A DNA stretch of 63,736 bases, counting the filler, from Octopus bimaculoides (taxonomy: Eukaryota): NCBI RefSeq assembly GCF_001194135.2. It is 3 parts of 3 records of this genome, joined end to end, with 100 filler letters (N's around TTAATTAATTAA, not from the genome) between each part and the next. Parts side by side here need not be neighbours in the genome. Positions count along the whole stretch, not along the records: positions 1 to 26,658 come from NC_068982.1; positions 26,759 to 57,906 come from NC_068983.1; 1 more part is not named here. One strand, written 5' to 3'. Under the pieces are notes generated by a model. It had not been told where the DNA came from. It saw nothing but the letters and a program-made list of their open reading frames with translations, and did no database searches. This document shows positions 24,700 to 36,761 of this stretch, one piece after another (the first letter of the stretch is position 1; every line of letters begins with the position of its first letter). The position numbers and the translations under genes were made by a program.

Positions 24700-25300
24700 G
24701 GTAGAGTAACTCTTCTTCTATAGTAACTTACCTTTCTGGTCTTTTTCACTGCAAGCAGACAATGGCCCCAAGCAGAAGCAATGTTCCGCCGTTGAGTTCT
24801 CGATAAAGGAGAGATGCAGGCTGTCCGACATTCACAGGAAGCTGCAGGTTGTTTCCGATGATGATTCCATTGCCAAAAGTAATATGCAGAGATAGATGAA
24901 ATTTGAAGGTGAAACCAGCATTAAGACAAGCCATGTTGTGAGAGGCCTTCAATTGCGGCTACTGATACGAATCGTCAGCAAGTGGAAAAATTCATTCACA
25001 GGAATAGTCAATTCACAATGTGTGAACTTGTTGCACAACTGGACTAAATTCTGCATTGCAGAGGATGGTGGAAGATTTCTGATATAAGAAAGTGAGTGCA
25101 AAGTAGGTATATCGAGAGTTGACAGCCGATTTGAAAGGGTGGAGTGGAAATCTGCTCTGATCTGCTGAAAACGTTTCAGGGCAACGATGACAGGTTTTTC
25201 TTTTAAACAATCTGATGTTAGGGGATGAAATGTGATCATATCTCTATGATCAGAAAACGAAGGTTCACCCCATGAAATGATGTCGCACCACTTCTCCAAG
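24700..25300 (-). mobile_element. Degenerate APE-type LINE fragment (end of endonuclease plus linker)
   Basis: Minus ORF 24949-25299 contains WCDIISWGEPSFSDHRDMITF (SDH motif of APE endonucleases). The downstream frame gives a basic linker, ...AVKKTRKVSYYRRR. Confidence 0.4.
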
Positions 25301-25309
25301 GCCTAAGAA

Positions 25310-25716
25310 CGTGGCTGTATTTTGAACAGTGAGCGGCACATTGAGACAATCAAAAAGCTTAAAGAAGCCATTAGGAAGAAGAAACCAAATAAAATTTTGA
25401 AATTTGATTCACATACTCTATTACAATTTACGACTACACGCACCTTTGGCAACAAATCAGGTAATAAGAAAATTGAGTGAGACATTTAGTTCCTCTATCT
25501 AATGTACATCCTGGATTAGGCGTCCTCCGATTTTCATCCGTTCGATTCAATGAAGGACAATTTTCGGAGACAAGGGTTTGATGACACAGACGAAGTGAAA
25601 CGGCTGTGAAGTCGTGTGTACAACAGTGAACATCTGAATTTTTTCAAAGTGGATTCGAGGGGTGCGTTCAATGATGATGCAACTGCATTCATTGCAATGG
25701 AGACTATGTTGAGTAG
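25310..25716 (+). mobile_element. Mariner transposase C-terminal relic
   Basis: LNSERHIETIKKLKEAIRKKKP, then YILD*ASSDFHPFDSMKDNFRRQGFDDTDEVK from 25505 (degenerate YSPDLAPSDFHLF), ending C..CNGDYVE* at 25716. A possible N-terminal piece WF.SRFRNGE lies near 24363. Confidence 0.7.
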
Positions 25717-26151
25717 TTCTTTCGTATAGACAAAATGTAATATATAATCATTAATTAATATTTTTTCCACTGCTAGGACGGCAAGCTGGCTGAATCGTTA
25801 GCACGCCGAGCAAAATGCTTAGCGTCATTTCGTCCGTCTTTACGTTCTGACTTTAATTTCTAGCGAGGTCGACTTTGCCTTTCACCCTTTCGAAGTTGAT
25901 AAAATAAGTACCAGTTGAGCACTCAGGGCGATGTAATCGATTTAACCCCTCCCTCAAAATTTGAAACCAATATTTTCTCCACTGCTTAATTGAGGCAGCT
26001 TTTTAATTGTCACTGTATTAACTGTTAGCACAAACTCCACCATTGTTTTCTCTCCGAATAGCGTCCCTAAGGAATTTACCCAGCGAATTATTCTCTCTCT
26101 CTGTGCATGTGTGTATACATGCATGCACACACACTCACATACATACATACA

Positions 26152-26185
<34 letters not shown>

Positions 26186-26488
26186 CCCTGTTGTCGATGT
26201 TGAAATTCCAATGAAAGATCCTTGGATCCAGGTTAGAAACCGGCTCTGTCTCAATTGGCAAGAAATCTTGAAATAAAATTGAATAATGGCATACATACAT
26301 ACATACATACATACATGCATACATACATACATACATACATACATACATACATACATACACATGGAGACTGATAAAGTGGAAAGGAAATGAAGAAAGGGAC
26401 CAGAAATTAATGAAGAGTAAGAACAGAAGTGGAAAGACAAAGGTGAAATGTAGAGTGAAGGAAACGTGCTTATGAGAGACAAAAGGAA

Positions 26489-26527
<39 letters not shown>

Positions 26528-26658
26528 GGAGAGGAGGGAGAGGATTGTGTGTGTGAAGAAGAGTATTTGAGCGAGTGAGTGTGCGCATTTGTGTGCGCGC
26601 ATTGAGTGTGCGCATTGAGGGTGTGCGCATTTGTGTGTGTGTGTGTGTGTGTGTGTGT

Positions 26659-26758
26659 NNNNNNNNNNNNNNNNNNNNNNNNNNNNNNNNNNNNNNNNNN
26701 NNTTAATTAATTAANNNNNNNNNNNNNNNNNNNNNNNNNNNNNNNNNNNNNNNNNNNN
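26659..26758. other. Artificial scaffold spacer 44N-TTAATTAATTAA-44N
   Basis: Exactly 100 nt. The 12-mer has stops in all six frames, and an identical construct occurs at 57907-58006. Confidence 0.95.
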
Positions 26759-26925
26759 CATTCTCTACAACAACACTGTATAAAACCAAATATATGGCAC
26801 CCTAGGTATAACACCAACATGAACTTCTAACCTGTTGTCTCTTGAGGTCTCTGGGTGAGACTTGGAGCTAACTTGTACAAATGCAAAGCAAAAGTCAAAC
26901 ATAAAATAATAATAATAATAATAAT

Positions 26926-27347
26926 CAGTGTGACCATGAGATAGAGAATAGGAAGCCAGACATAGTCTTAATTGAGAAAGAAAACAAACTATACTGGATC
27001 ATAGATATAGCATGCCCAGCTGACAACAAGGTATGCGATAAGGAAGAAAGAAAAATCGATAGGTATGACAGGTTAGCTTGGGAAGTTAAGCAGTTGTGGT
27101 CGATGAAAAAGGTAGCAGTAGTACCAATAATTGTCGGAGCCCTGGGAACAGTGAGCAAAAATTACAAGAAGTATGTGGAACAAATAGGGGCTGCAAAAAG
27201 AGTGGAACACTTGCAGAAAACAGCACCGCTTGGAACCGCTCAAATACTCCAGAAGGTGCTCGAAAAATAAGGGGTGTTACTTTAGTTCACCAGTAGTGAA
27301 CAGCTGACACTGTAGTACATCTCCAGCATAGAAGCTGTAGAAAGGCA
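26926..27347 (+). mobile_element. 5'-truncated R4/Dong-clade non-LTR retrotransposon: RLE endonuclease domain plus 3' UTR, flanked by (TAA)n
   Basis: Open frame 26926-27270: QCDHEIENRKPDIVLIEKENKLYWIIDIACPADNKVCDKEERKIDRY...VVPIIVGALGTV...LQKTAPLGTAQILQKVLEK*, with the PD..D..P...K RLE motif. (TAA)n at 26905-26925 and 27348-27436. It has no start codon, so it is absent from the ORF track. Confidence 0.88.
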
Positions 27348-27362
27348 ATAATAATAATAATG

Positions 27363-27439
<77 letters not shown>

Positions 27440-27755
27440 AGCTGCTGGAGAACTAAGACTGCCAAAGTAGCGGAATATAAAGACATTCCCATGTTTTGAG
27501 ACTTTAGTATTCAAATTGATTGTGCTATTCAGGCTGTTAGACTGGATATTGTGGTGAAGAATCACATTGGCTGAATATATTTGCTTATAGGGAAGTCAAT
27601 CCTGGTTGACTGCAACACTTTTCTGAAAACGTTTGTAAAATTATGTAAGTACAAAAACTTTGAAAGAGAAATCTCAAAAATGTCACATCAAAGAATGTGT
27701 TTTCTTTGGGGCTTTTTTGTAGATAATATCAAATGGCATTCTTAAACAATATGGC

Positions 27756-27824
27756 CAAATACCAGGAAATCCCAAAGTATTGGAACTACAAAAGATTGTT
27801 CTTATGGGTACAACACACATCCTA
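27756..27824 (+). mobile_element. Short relic of a second R4/Dong-like ORF C-terminus
   Basis: QIPGNPKVLELQKIVLMGTTHIL shares the LQK....GT..IL terminal motif with the 26926-27270 fragment. Confidence 0.6.
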
Positions 27825-29264
27825 GAAACAAAAAGAAATTGTCAATGTGAGAATGTCTGAAACTTTTATTTTTGAAAGTGCAAATATTACAATAAACTTT
27901 TAACAAATCAATCTGTGTTCCTGGCATCGTGTTCCTGGAATACTTTAAACATAATCTCTACAGGATTCCCATTAAAGCAGTAATGATGCTAGCTCCAACC
28001 CATGCTAACAGGGAAAGTGGACGTTAAACGATGATGATGATGATCAACACACATAGAAACAGAAGATAAAATACTAGAATTAGACAAACGATCAATTTGC
28101 AACTTTGTAGTCAAGTGTACTTATGACTCATAGTTAATGGTGTCACCCATAGATGTTATGACTCATTGTTAATGGTGTCACCCATAGATGTTATTTATTT
28201 TGGGTTTTAATTGAAAAGAAAAAAAAAGCAGACATTTTCAATGAAATGAGTGTGGGATTGTGACAAACCCAACACTTCATTTGCTAAATGAGCAAGGCCT
28301 AGACTCTTTACAATTGAGGAAATTATTGATGGTATTTATTCTTTGGACAAAGAGTTTAAACTTATGCTGGCAATGAGAGTTGATTCAGACAATCAAACTG
28401 CTGGAAATGATGAGGAAAGTAATGATCTGGGTGAACAAATAAGGCAGTTGAGATCTAAGTCTATTATCAGTATTCTCTAGAATTTGGTTTTTTTTATTAG
28501 CATTCTGTCTGTTGGTTTGCCTAACAAGCACATTCGTTGAGAGAAAAGCCTATTATTGTTATTCCCCTGAATTTTTTTTGTGATTCTGTCCACTATTTTG
28601 TCTGTGAATGTTATCCTTGAGCTGTATATATGAAACTATTCATTCTTTTGCTCAGGAGCCCAGGTGGAGGGTAAAGCCAGGCACAAGAACCTATGTCTGA
28701 CATGATTAATATTTGGCTGTCTTTCCCAGAAACATATCATTACTACTCATAAATAACAACCGTAGTAAAATATCCAGCTTGATTTTACTGAAAATTTCTG
28801 GACGAGACTGGGAACAGCTCATATAAAACAAGACAACAGCAACAACAACAAAAACCACAATGATAATAATAATTTCAAATTTTGGCACAATGCCAGTAAT
28901 TTTAGGAGGGAGGAAATTCAATGACAGCGACCCCCAGCAGCACTTGACTGGTACTTTATTTTATCAAATGGTGAAATTTGAACTCAGATTGTAAAGATCT
29001 GGAAGAAACCCTGCCAAATGTTTTGTACAACACAATAACCATTCTGCCGGGGTGCTGTCTCAATAACATCAACAGCAACAACAACAATAATACTATTTTT
29101 TTCTACTCTAGGCACAAGGTCCAAAATTTGTGGGGAGGGGGCCAGTCAATTAGATCGACCCCAGTACACAACTGGTACTTAATTTATTGACCCTGAAAGG
29201 ATGAAAGGCAAAGTCGACCTCAGTGGNNNNNNNNNNAACCGGATGGCAACACCAGGCTCCAGTC

Positions 29265-29326
<62 letters not shown>

Positions 29327-31741
29327 TCTTAGCATGTACTTCCAAAAGAAACGGAGAAATTAGAGAAACAAAGCTTTTGAAATGGTTTTGAACAGAATGC
29401 GTGGATTAAAAACAAACAATAACTATTATGGATCCCCTGGGAATGATTAAAAATAGATGCAGAGAAATGCATAAAGCAGAAACCCTCGGATTAATAGAAG
29501 GTGTTAAATCTGGATTTGACTTTATCTAGGATGAATCGTCATTATTTATCTAGGTTGGTTGATCACAGATCTCTGCTCTGTGAAAACAGCCCATCATGAC
29601 GTCAACTGGATCATTGATGTGTTTCACCCATGCAGACTCTCCATCTTTTTAACATGCATCATTATATTAATACTTTTATCATCAGGATTATAATGTGGCT
29701 TTTCAATCACAACGGCTCTGGTGATGAGGGCTTTGCCTGCACTTAAGGCTTGTAATAAAATTCTCCTTTACAACCACAAGGGAAATTTACTGAACTACTC
29801 CCAAAGCTGATAGAAATGCATAACCTATTAAATTCTATATTGAAGGTTTGTTTCGAAAGCTAGTACTTAAATCATAAATCCATTTTTATACATGAAAACA
29901 AACGAAGCACCATAATGCTATTCAGCCATATATTAGCATTTAAAATACATTGATATCTACTGCTATCTGAAACTACCACTATATCTGTACTAATTGTACT
30001 GGTTACTACAGACACTATAAATAAGAAGTCAGAGTTAATTGATAACTGCTGTCGTGACAATAAATACTCCTTCTATGATTTTATGAGATGTATCAAACCT
30101 GGTTGATACACCAAATCTAAAACAACTGTTTAACCAATAAGCTGAACGTCTGTCGATAAACATCCTACGTATGCATGACAAACTGTAAGTCAACAGAGCT
30201 GGGGAAACGGAATAAAAAGTAATTTGCTCCAACCAAAATCCTGTCTGAGGATCAGACATATCAATATAGCTATAAAATATTATGGAATGGAATGCTTTTA
30301 GCTGGAACCGTATCAAATATGATATGTTTGTCTTTACCCCAGATACAGTGTAATTTTCGCTTTGTTCTTAAAAAAAAATACTTTATTTGGAATAATACTA
30401 GCAACCACACTGCACACATACACTCACACACTGTATTTATGTGTGTATATATATATATATATATGTATGAATCTGTTGATTTACCAGAAGCAATAAATTA
30501 CACAGGATCCAATACAAATGTAGAATATTCTTTAATATATTATGTGTGTGTGTATATATAATATACGTATATAGGATAATGTTTTGTATGTAGGATGTTG
30601 TTCTATAAACTTTCCGTTAAGCTGTTCTTGAGATTCAGTGATTCAATCAACTTCAATATTTCTCATTCAATTATCCAAGTAATATTTAAACTCATAATGG
30701 CGTCCATCAACTTGGATTTCTTATTTAAAGTGTCTACTTTAAAGTTATTTAAGGTTACTGAGGATGTAATACTTATCAGCAAAGCAGAAGCTGCAGTAAC
30801 AGACACATTTAGTACACTTGTTGTTGAAGTCAGTATAGCCCCATAAATTATAAATTGTGTGTGTGTGTGTGTGTATACACACATATGCAAGGAATTTAGT
30901 GATGATTGTCGATGTGATATAATCCTATTCTACCAATAAATGGGAGTTCTAAATTTTTAGCTGAATAAAATCACAAATTCAAAGAAAGATGTTTCTTGTT
31001 TTAACCAGCTTAATAATTTAACTGTTCTTATTTAATCGACCCTAGAGTGAGGACAAGCATAATTGATCTCAGTGAGATTTGAACTCAAACTATAGTGTTA
31101 GTCCATGTTACTCTGTAAGGAACCTAGGGCTGGCTTCCTAGTTTTTCTGGTGTATAGTTTCTTCCATGGATGGAATGCTAGTCTCTCACACGATTACTCG
31201 TTATTACCAGCTGTGTGAACTGGAACAACATGAAAGGAATTGTTTTGCCCAAGAATCCAGACTATAGCCAGATATAACTAAATCACTGAATAACTCAATT
31301 TATTTACTCCAAAAACCTGTTTCCTCCCATTCTATTTAATGTTTTTCACTTTGTTAAATTGTTGCTAAGAATACTGTCTAACAGACTGGTAGAATCTCAG
31401 AGCACATCATCATCATCATCATCATCGTTTAACGCCCAATTTCTGAGGACTGGCAAGCCAGGAGGCTGCATGAGAATCCAATCTGATCTGGCAAGGTTTC
31501 TACAGCTGGATGCCCTTCCTAACGCCAACCACTCCGAGAATGTAGTGGGTGCTTTTTACAAGCTACCAGCAAGGTGTGTCACTGGCATGGATGATGATGA
31601 TAATGATGATGTTAATAAGGATATTGTTTAAGAGACTGGTAAAATCTCAGAACATATCAATTTAAATTCTTGGTAAAATATTGGAAATTTTGGGTTTAAT
31701 GCTAACCTGCTTTTATATGCTTTCTTTTCTATTTTTATTAG

Positions 31742-31885
31742 ATGAGAATGGAACTTTGGTGATTCACAATGCCAACTACTTGACAGACACTGGAGCCTAC
31801 AAATGTACTGCTGAAAATCAAGCAGGGAAAGCCCAAGGAGTGTCAACAGTTTTCATTCAAAATCCAAATAGCTCTGAGTCCCTTG
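31742..31885 (+). CDS. FSTL5: FSTL4/5-like internal exon: C-terminal half of an Ig-like domain
   Basis: Acceptor ttattAG ends at 31741 and donor GTAAGT starts at 31886 (phase 1/1). Translation (D)ENGTLVIHNANYLTDTGAYKCTAENQAGKAQGVSTVFIQNPNSSESL carries the Ig F-strand motif D-x-G-x-Y-x-C. The terminal G joins TA of the next exon to make Val in frame. Confidence 0.9.
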
Positions 31886-32744
31886 GTAAGTTAAAAATAT
31901 ATTTTTTATTTGAGAAATAATCTTATTAAGAACTAAAATCCAAAGCTCTAATGTATTCCTTCAGAAATCTCAATAAAACTTAAAATCTATATTTTTTTCT
32001 AAATCATCAACCAAACCATCAGATGCGGTTATACAACAATGGTTACAATGCGCTTCCAATATTCACTTGATTGTTCCATTCTTTTTTATCTTAACCCTAA
32101 TTGCTTAACTAAATTGCTTTCTCATCATCATGGAGGCCTTCTAATTGGCCTGTCTCAATCACTTGGGTACCTCTCAGCAACTACAAAAGCCCAGCAGAGC
32201 TTGTGCTTTTGGTAATCTAAGATCTCATCATTCACGCAGTTAATATATTTGTTATATTTAGTATGAAGAAGTTACTTTAAAAATGAATTTACAGGGAGGA
32301 AAAGATGCTGTATGATCAATAGCTAACATTATTCTAATCATCTGAGGAAATGTAGGAGACAATAGTGGACATGTTTCAATTTTATTAAATCTCATCAGCA
32401 AAACATAGGCTTCACCATAGTAATGAGAGACTCACTAAATAATTAATTTCAGAGATAGTTTATCAAGATGCTCGTTAAGTACTTATAAATGCTGGGTGAT
32501 TATTTAAATATTTCTTTAGTAATCAAGGAAGTGGTAGATATACTGCTTTCAAGTTTTGGCACAAGGCCAGCAATTTCAGGGGTGAGGTAAGCCAATTACA
32601 TCAACCCCAGTATGCAACTGGTACTTATTTTATCAACTCTGAAAGGATGAAAGGCAAAGTTGACCTCAGTGGAATTCGAACTCAGCACCTTACCCAATGT
32701 GCTAATGATTCAGCCAGCTTACTGCCTTAAGAGATAGAAACAAC

Positions 32745-33045
32745 ATTCGAGCGTGGTTGTTGCCAGTGCCACAGAACTGGCTCATGTGCAGGTGGCACAT
32801 AAAAAGCACCATTCGAGTGTGGTTGTTGCCAGTACCACCGGACTGGCCCTCGTGCCGGTGGCATATAAAAGCACCCACTACACTCTTGGAGTGGTTGGTG
32901 TTAGGAAGGGCATCCAGCTTTAGAGACTTTGCCAGATCAGATTGGAGCCAGGTGCAGCCTTCTGGCTTGTCAGTCCTCAGTCAAACTGTCCAACCCATGC
33001 CAGCATGGAAAGCGGACGTTAAACGACCACGATGATGATGATATA
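32745..33045 (+). mobile_element. 3' end of a (GAT)n-tailed retroposon family (RTE-like by inference)
   Basis: Conserved ...ggaagggcatccagc...ccatgcYagcatggaaagcggacgttaaacgatgatgat. Copies at 31400-31600(-), 38300-38490(+), 40965-41520(-), 46160-46640(-), 47313-47425(+), 52880-53270(+) and 63541-63736(-). Confidence 0.75.
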
Positions 33046-33808
33046 TGACCTGAAGTTATGGATTTTCTGGGATTGTATCCGAATCATTGTATGACACTCT
33101 AAAAGACATCTAGATTACGAGTAAGTTTGGTTTATAATCTTTACAGGTATCAGAAAAGAAGAAGAAACCATATCCAAAACACTTGAATGAAAATCACTGA
33201 GCATATACCGTCTTAGCCTACAATTTCAAAGAGCTGAAGTTCTTGTCTAGTATTTTGTTATGTAATAGGATAATATTCTTAATTCTGCCGCCATCTCAGT
33301 TTACCTAGCACCAGATCATCTAAGAATGTTACCTGAAATAGATTGGTGGTTCATCTAGAAAGAGATTTCTAAACAATCTTTAGTAAACAGCATAAGATTA
33401 AACTGAAGATTTATCTGTGAGAATACTTTGAAGCTTACGAGACATTTGTGTTTACATATTATCTTCTAGAGAGACAAACCCCTTTAATATGCAGTATTTT
33501 CCATTTCTTAGTTCTATTCACTGCATTACAAACTGATTCTGACTTTTAAGAAAATCACAATGCCCTCTGTTTATCTGAACTTGCCAATTTAACAACAATC
33601 TTGTCTCTCTCATCTTGATGTTTATAATATTCCCATTTTACGAACTGTGTAACTCAAGTGAGGTCAGGAGAAGAGAAAGGAATTTTATTGGAATATGGTT
33701 GTGATGTATGTGCCTGGAATACTCTTATCAGACAGGTAGTCATGATGGCTATATTGTGCTTGGTATATTTGTATCCCAGCTTTGATGGCATGAACTGCTC
33801 TCTCACTC

Positions 33809-33839
<31 letters not shown>

Positions 33840-34100
33840 GCAACAATAAATGCCCGGATGCAGTACCAGGCTGTGGCTCTCATGGCTTCTAATCTTAACT
33901 GATTGCAAGTGTTATCATGTACATTGTTTCATCTTGGTATAAAAGATGGGCTACAGCAAATATTCTGCTCAATACCACAGATTTGCTTGTCAGTTATTCC
34001 AAAGAATAGGCTTGCCTTGGTTTTAGCTATACCTGCAGTCCAAAATATTGTTGAGACAGAGAACAAGAAAGTCAGGAAATGCCAAAAGCTAGTAATGGAA

Positions 34101-34559
34101 CATTATGTACATTATTTACATTTGATGGACATTTGTCCTCATTTTGTTTGTTGTTAACACGATGTTTCGGCTGATATACCCTCCAGCTTTCATCAGGTAT
34201 CTTGAGGAAATTTTGAGCCTGGATTCTCATTCCTAAGGTATTTTTCAATATTATTATTATTATTNNNNNNNNNNATGTTTCGGCTGATATACCCTCCAGC
34301 TTTCATCAGGTATCTTGAGGAAATCTCGAGCCTGGATTCTCATTCCTAAGGTATTTTTCAATATTATTATTATTATTAATAATAGTAATACCTTAGGAAT
34401 GAGAACCCAGGTTTGAAATTTCCCGAACACACCTGATGAAGGCTGGAGGGTATATCAGCCGAAACATCGTGTTAACAACAAACAAAATGAGGACAAATAT
34501 CCGTCAAATGTAAATAATGTAAATAATGTACATAATTCCTCGTCTCTTAAATATAGAAT
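34101..34559. mobile_element. Penelope-like terminal-repeat insertion with inverted arms and 12-bp TSD
   Basis: TSD CTAGTAATGGAA at 34089-34100 and 34560-34571. The left arm from 34101 is the reverse complement of about 34380-34537, with an (ATT)n/(AAT) centre. 34275-34378 repeats part of the left arm across a 10-N gap. Confidence 0.85.
34429..34473 (+). ncRNA. Minimal type I hammerhead ribozyme motif (Penelope pLTR type), probably degenerate
   Basis: ACAC-CUGAUGA(34433-34439)-A-GGCUG-gagggtatat-CAGCC-GAAAC-AUC-GUGU: catalytic core boxes, 5-bp stem II and 4-bp stem I. Stem III is unpaired (C opposite A). A mirror copy lies on the minus strand at 34156-34203. Confidence 0.7.
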
Positions 34560-35297
34560 CTAGTAATGGAAGTCAAAAGAATCCATAGAGCCTCGAAAGT
34601 CAGTGTGGTACCTATTGTGATCGGTGCAATCATGACCATTTCAAAATGAGCAATTTTCTGGCATCAAAAGCAGAAAATACTAAACTTCTTGCAGACTCTC
34701 CAGATGACAGCAAGCATTTCCACCATCTGAATATTGGTCATTCCGGGTGCCTCTTCCATGGCACTGGGAGCTTTTTACATGGCACCATCACAGTTGCTTT
34801 ATATGTGGTACCAACACAAGTGTTTTTAAAGGATACCTTATTTTAACGTGTATAAGGAACCCCTTAATTTTGGGGGCTTAAAATTTGGAAAAAAAGGTTT
34901 TGTAAGGGATTATAATACTATCCATGTTTAAGAAACTCCCATATCTTTTAACCTAATTTTTGACAAAAAGGGGTTCTTTAAACACGTTAAAATATGGTAT
35001 ATTTGGGATATTACATTTGTAAACTTCTCTTTAGAGAACTTAAATCTCTTTTATCTGTTGCATATGTTTACCACATTAATATCACATAACCAGCTGACAT
35101 CCATGGTATAGTTTTTGCTTTATATAAACATCCCTCCAAGACTGATCAGGTTTGTTTTGGTTGATCTCTCTGCTCTTAGGTTCCACCGATTTTGATCTTC
35201 TTTTGAACCGTTGGTCTTCATCTTTTTTATGATTATTTTTACTGCAAATTTTATTCCAAATTGCTAAGTTTGCAACTTCATGCATGTATGTGTGTGT

Positions 35298-35335
<38 letters not shown>

Positions 35336-35470
35336 ACATAAAATAAATTAGAAACCTAACACTGTAAATATATATAGAATGTTTATATCTTTACTTCTTA
35401 TAACTAATATTTTCACATTATGTGTGTGTGTGTGTGTGTGAGTGAATGTGTTCAATATGTATTCATTTAT

Positions 35471-35505
<35 letters not shown>

Positions 35506-36511
35506 CGTGTGTGTGTGTGTGTATGTGTGTGAAGAGATGTGTATGAACATGGAAAATCAAATGTGGAATGGTTGTGTTTACCCACACAAATGCAGGACCA
35601 TTACTTGCTGTTCTTGTAAGTAGTTGAAAGAGGAGATATTTTCTGTGCATTTACATTATCAGATTAACCAATTTATTACGATCATCTCAAAACATGTTAT
35701 CTTTGATAATCAAATAATAATCAAATATAATAATTATTTTTACAGAGTTTAGCTAAAATACCTTTAAAGATTCCGTAATCTATTTTATTTTTTTATTTCT
35801 TGTTTTGCTTCAAACTATGACGTCATTCGAGCAATATGCTTCACTCTATTTTTCTACAACTTTATTGATAGTGTTTTAATAAATGTTAAATTAATCAAGA
35901 GAATAATTCACTATAGGAATACAAATTAACAAATTAAATGATATTATAAACTGGAAGTAAAAGCAATCACTCCCACCCCTACTATTGGGATAAACATCTA
36001 TTCTCTCACTTCACCTCTTTAATTTGATCAATTTATATATAATACATATGTGTGTGTATGTGTGTGTATATGTATATATATGCATATATANNNNNNNNNN
36101 NNNNNNNNNNNNNNNNNNNNNNNNNNNNNNNNNNNNNNNNNNNNNNNNNNNNNNNNNNNNNNNNNNNNNNNNNNNNNNNNNNNNNNNNNNNNNNNNNNNN
36201 NNNNNNNNNNNNNNNNNNNNNNNNNNNNNNNNNNNNNNNNNNNNNNNNNNNNNNNNNNNNNNNNNNNNNNNNNNNNNNNNNNNNNNNNNNNNNNNNNNNN
36301 NNNNNNNNNNNNNNNNNNNNNNNNNNNNNNNNNNNNNNNNNNNNNNNNNNNNNNNNNNNNNNNNNNNNNNNNNNNNNNNNNNNNNNNNNNNNNNNNNNNN
36401 NNNNNNNNNNNNNNNNNNNNNNNNNNNNNNNNNNNNNNNNNNNNNNNNNNNNNNNNNNNNNNNNNNNNNNNNNNNNNNNNNNNNNNNNNNNNNNNNNNNN
36501 NNNNNNNNNNN

Positions 36512-36554
<43 letters not shown>

Positions 36555-36727
36555 CAGGATGGCAAACATTAAGGCAAGGTAAATATCTCAAGTCATATGC
36601 AAATATTATTATAGGAAGAAATTCAAAACTCTTCCAGTTCCTTTTTGGGATATCCTGGAGTATGGGATATTCTGTCATCAGAGTCAAATAGGGAAAATGA
36701 GAAAGGTATATATTAATGAGATGATGA

Positions 36728-36761
<34 letters not shown>

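Noticed and set aside
28250-28480. About 77-codon stop-free + frame (…LDSFTIEEIIDGIYSLDKEF…); similar frame at about 6730-6960(-)
   Set aside because: No usable splice acceptor or start codon and no recognisable motif. ORFs of this length are expected by chance in 60 kb.
30600-30760. Possible NUMT (IEWE-like motif under the mitochondrial code, reminiscent of ND5)
   Set aside because: The surrounding peptide is hydrophilic and lacks the T-rich composition of mitochondrial ND5.
30595-30846. 83-aa + strand ORF as a possible upstream FSTL exon
   Set aside because: No Ig Cys/Trp pattern and no suitable phase-1 donor.
34275-34378. Third pLTR/hammerhead copy
   Set aside because: Near-identical to 34163-34264 across a 10-N gap, so most likely an unmerged contig overlap or allelic duplicate rather than a real tandem copy; needs long reads.
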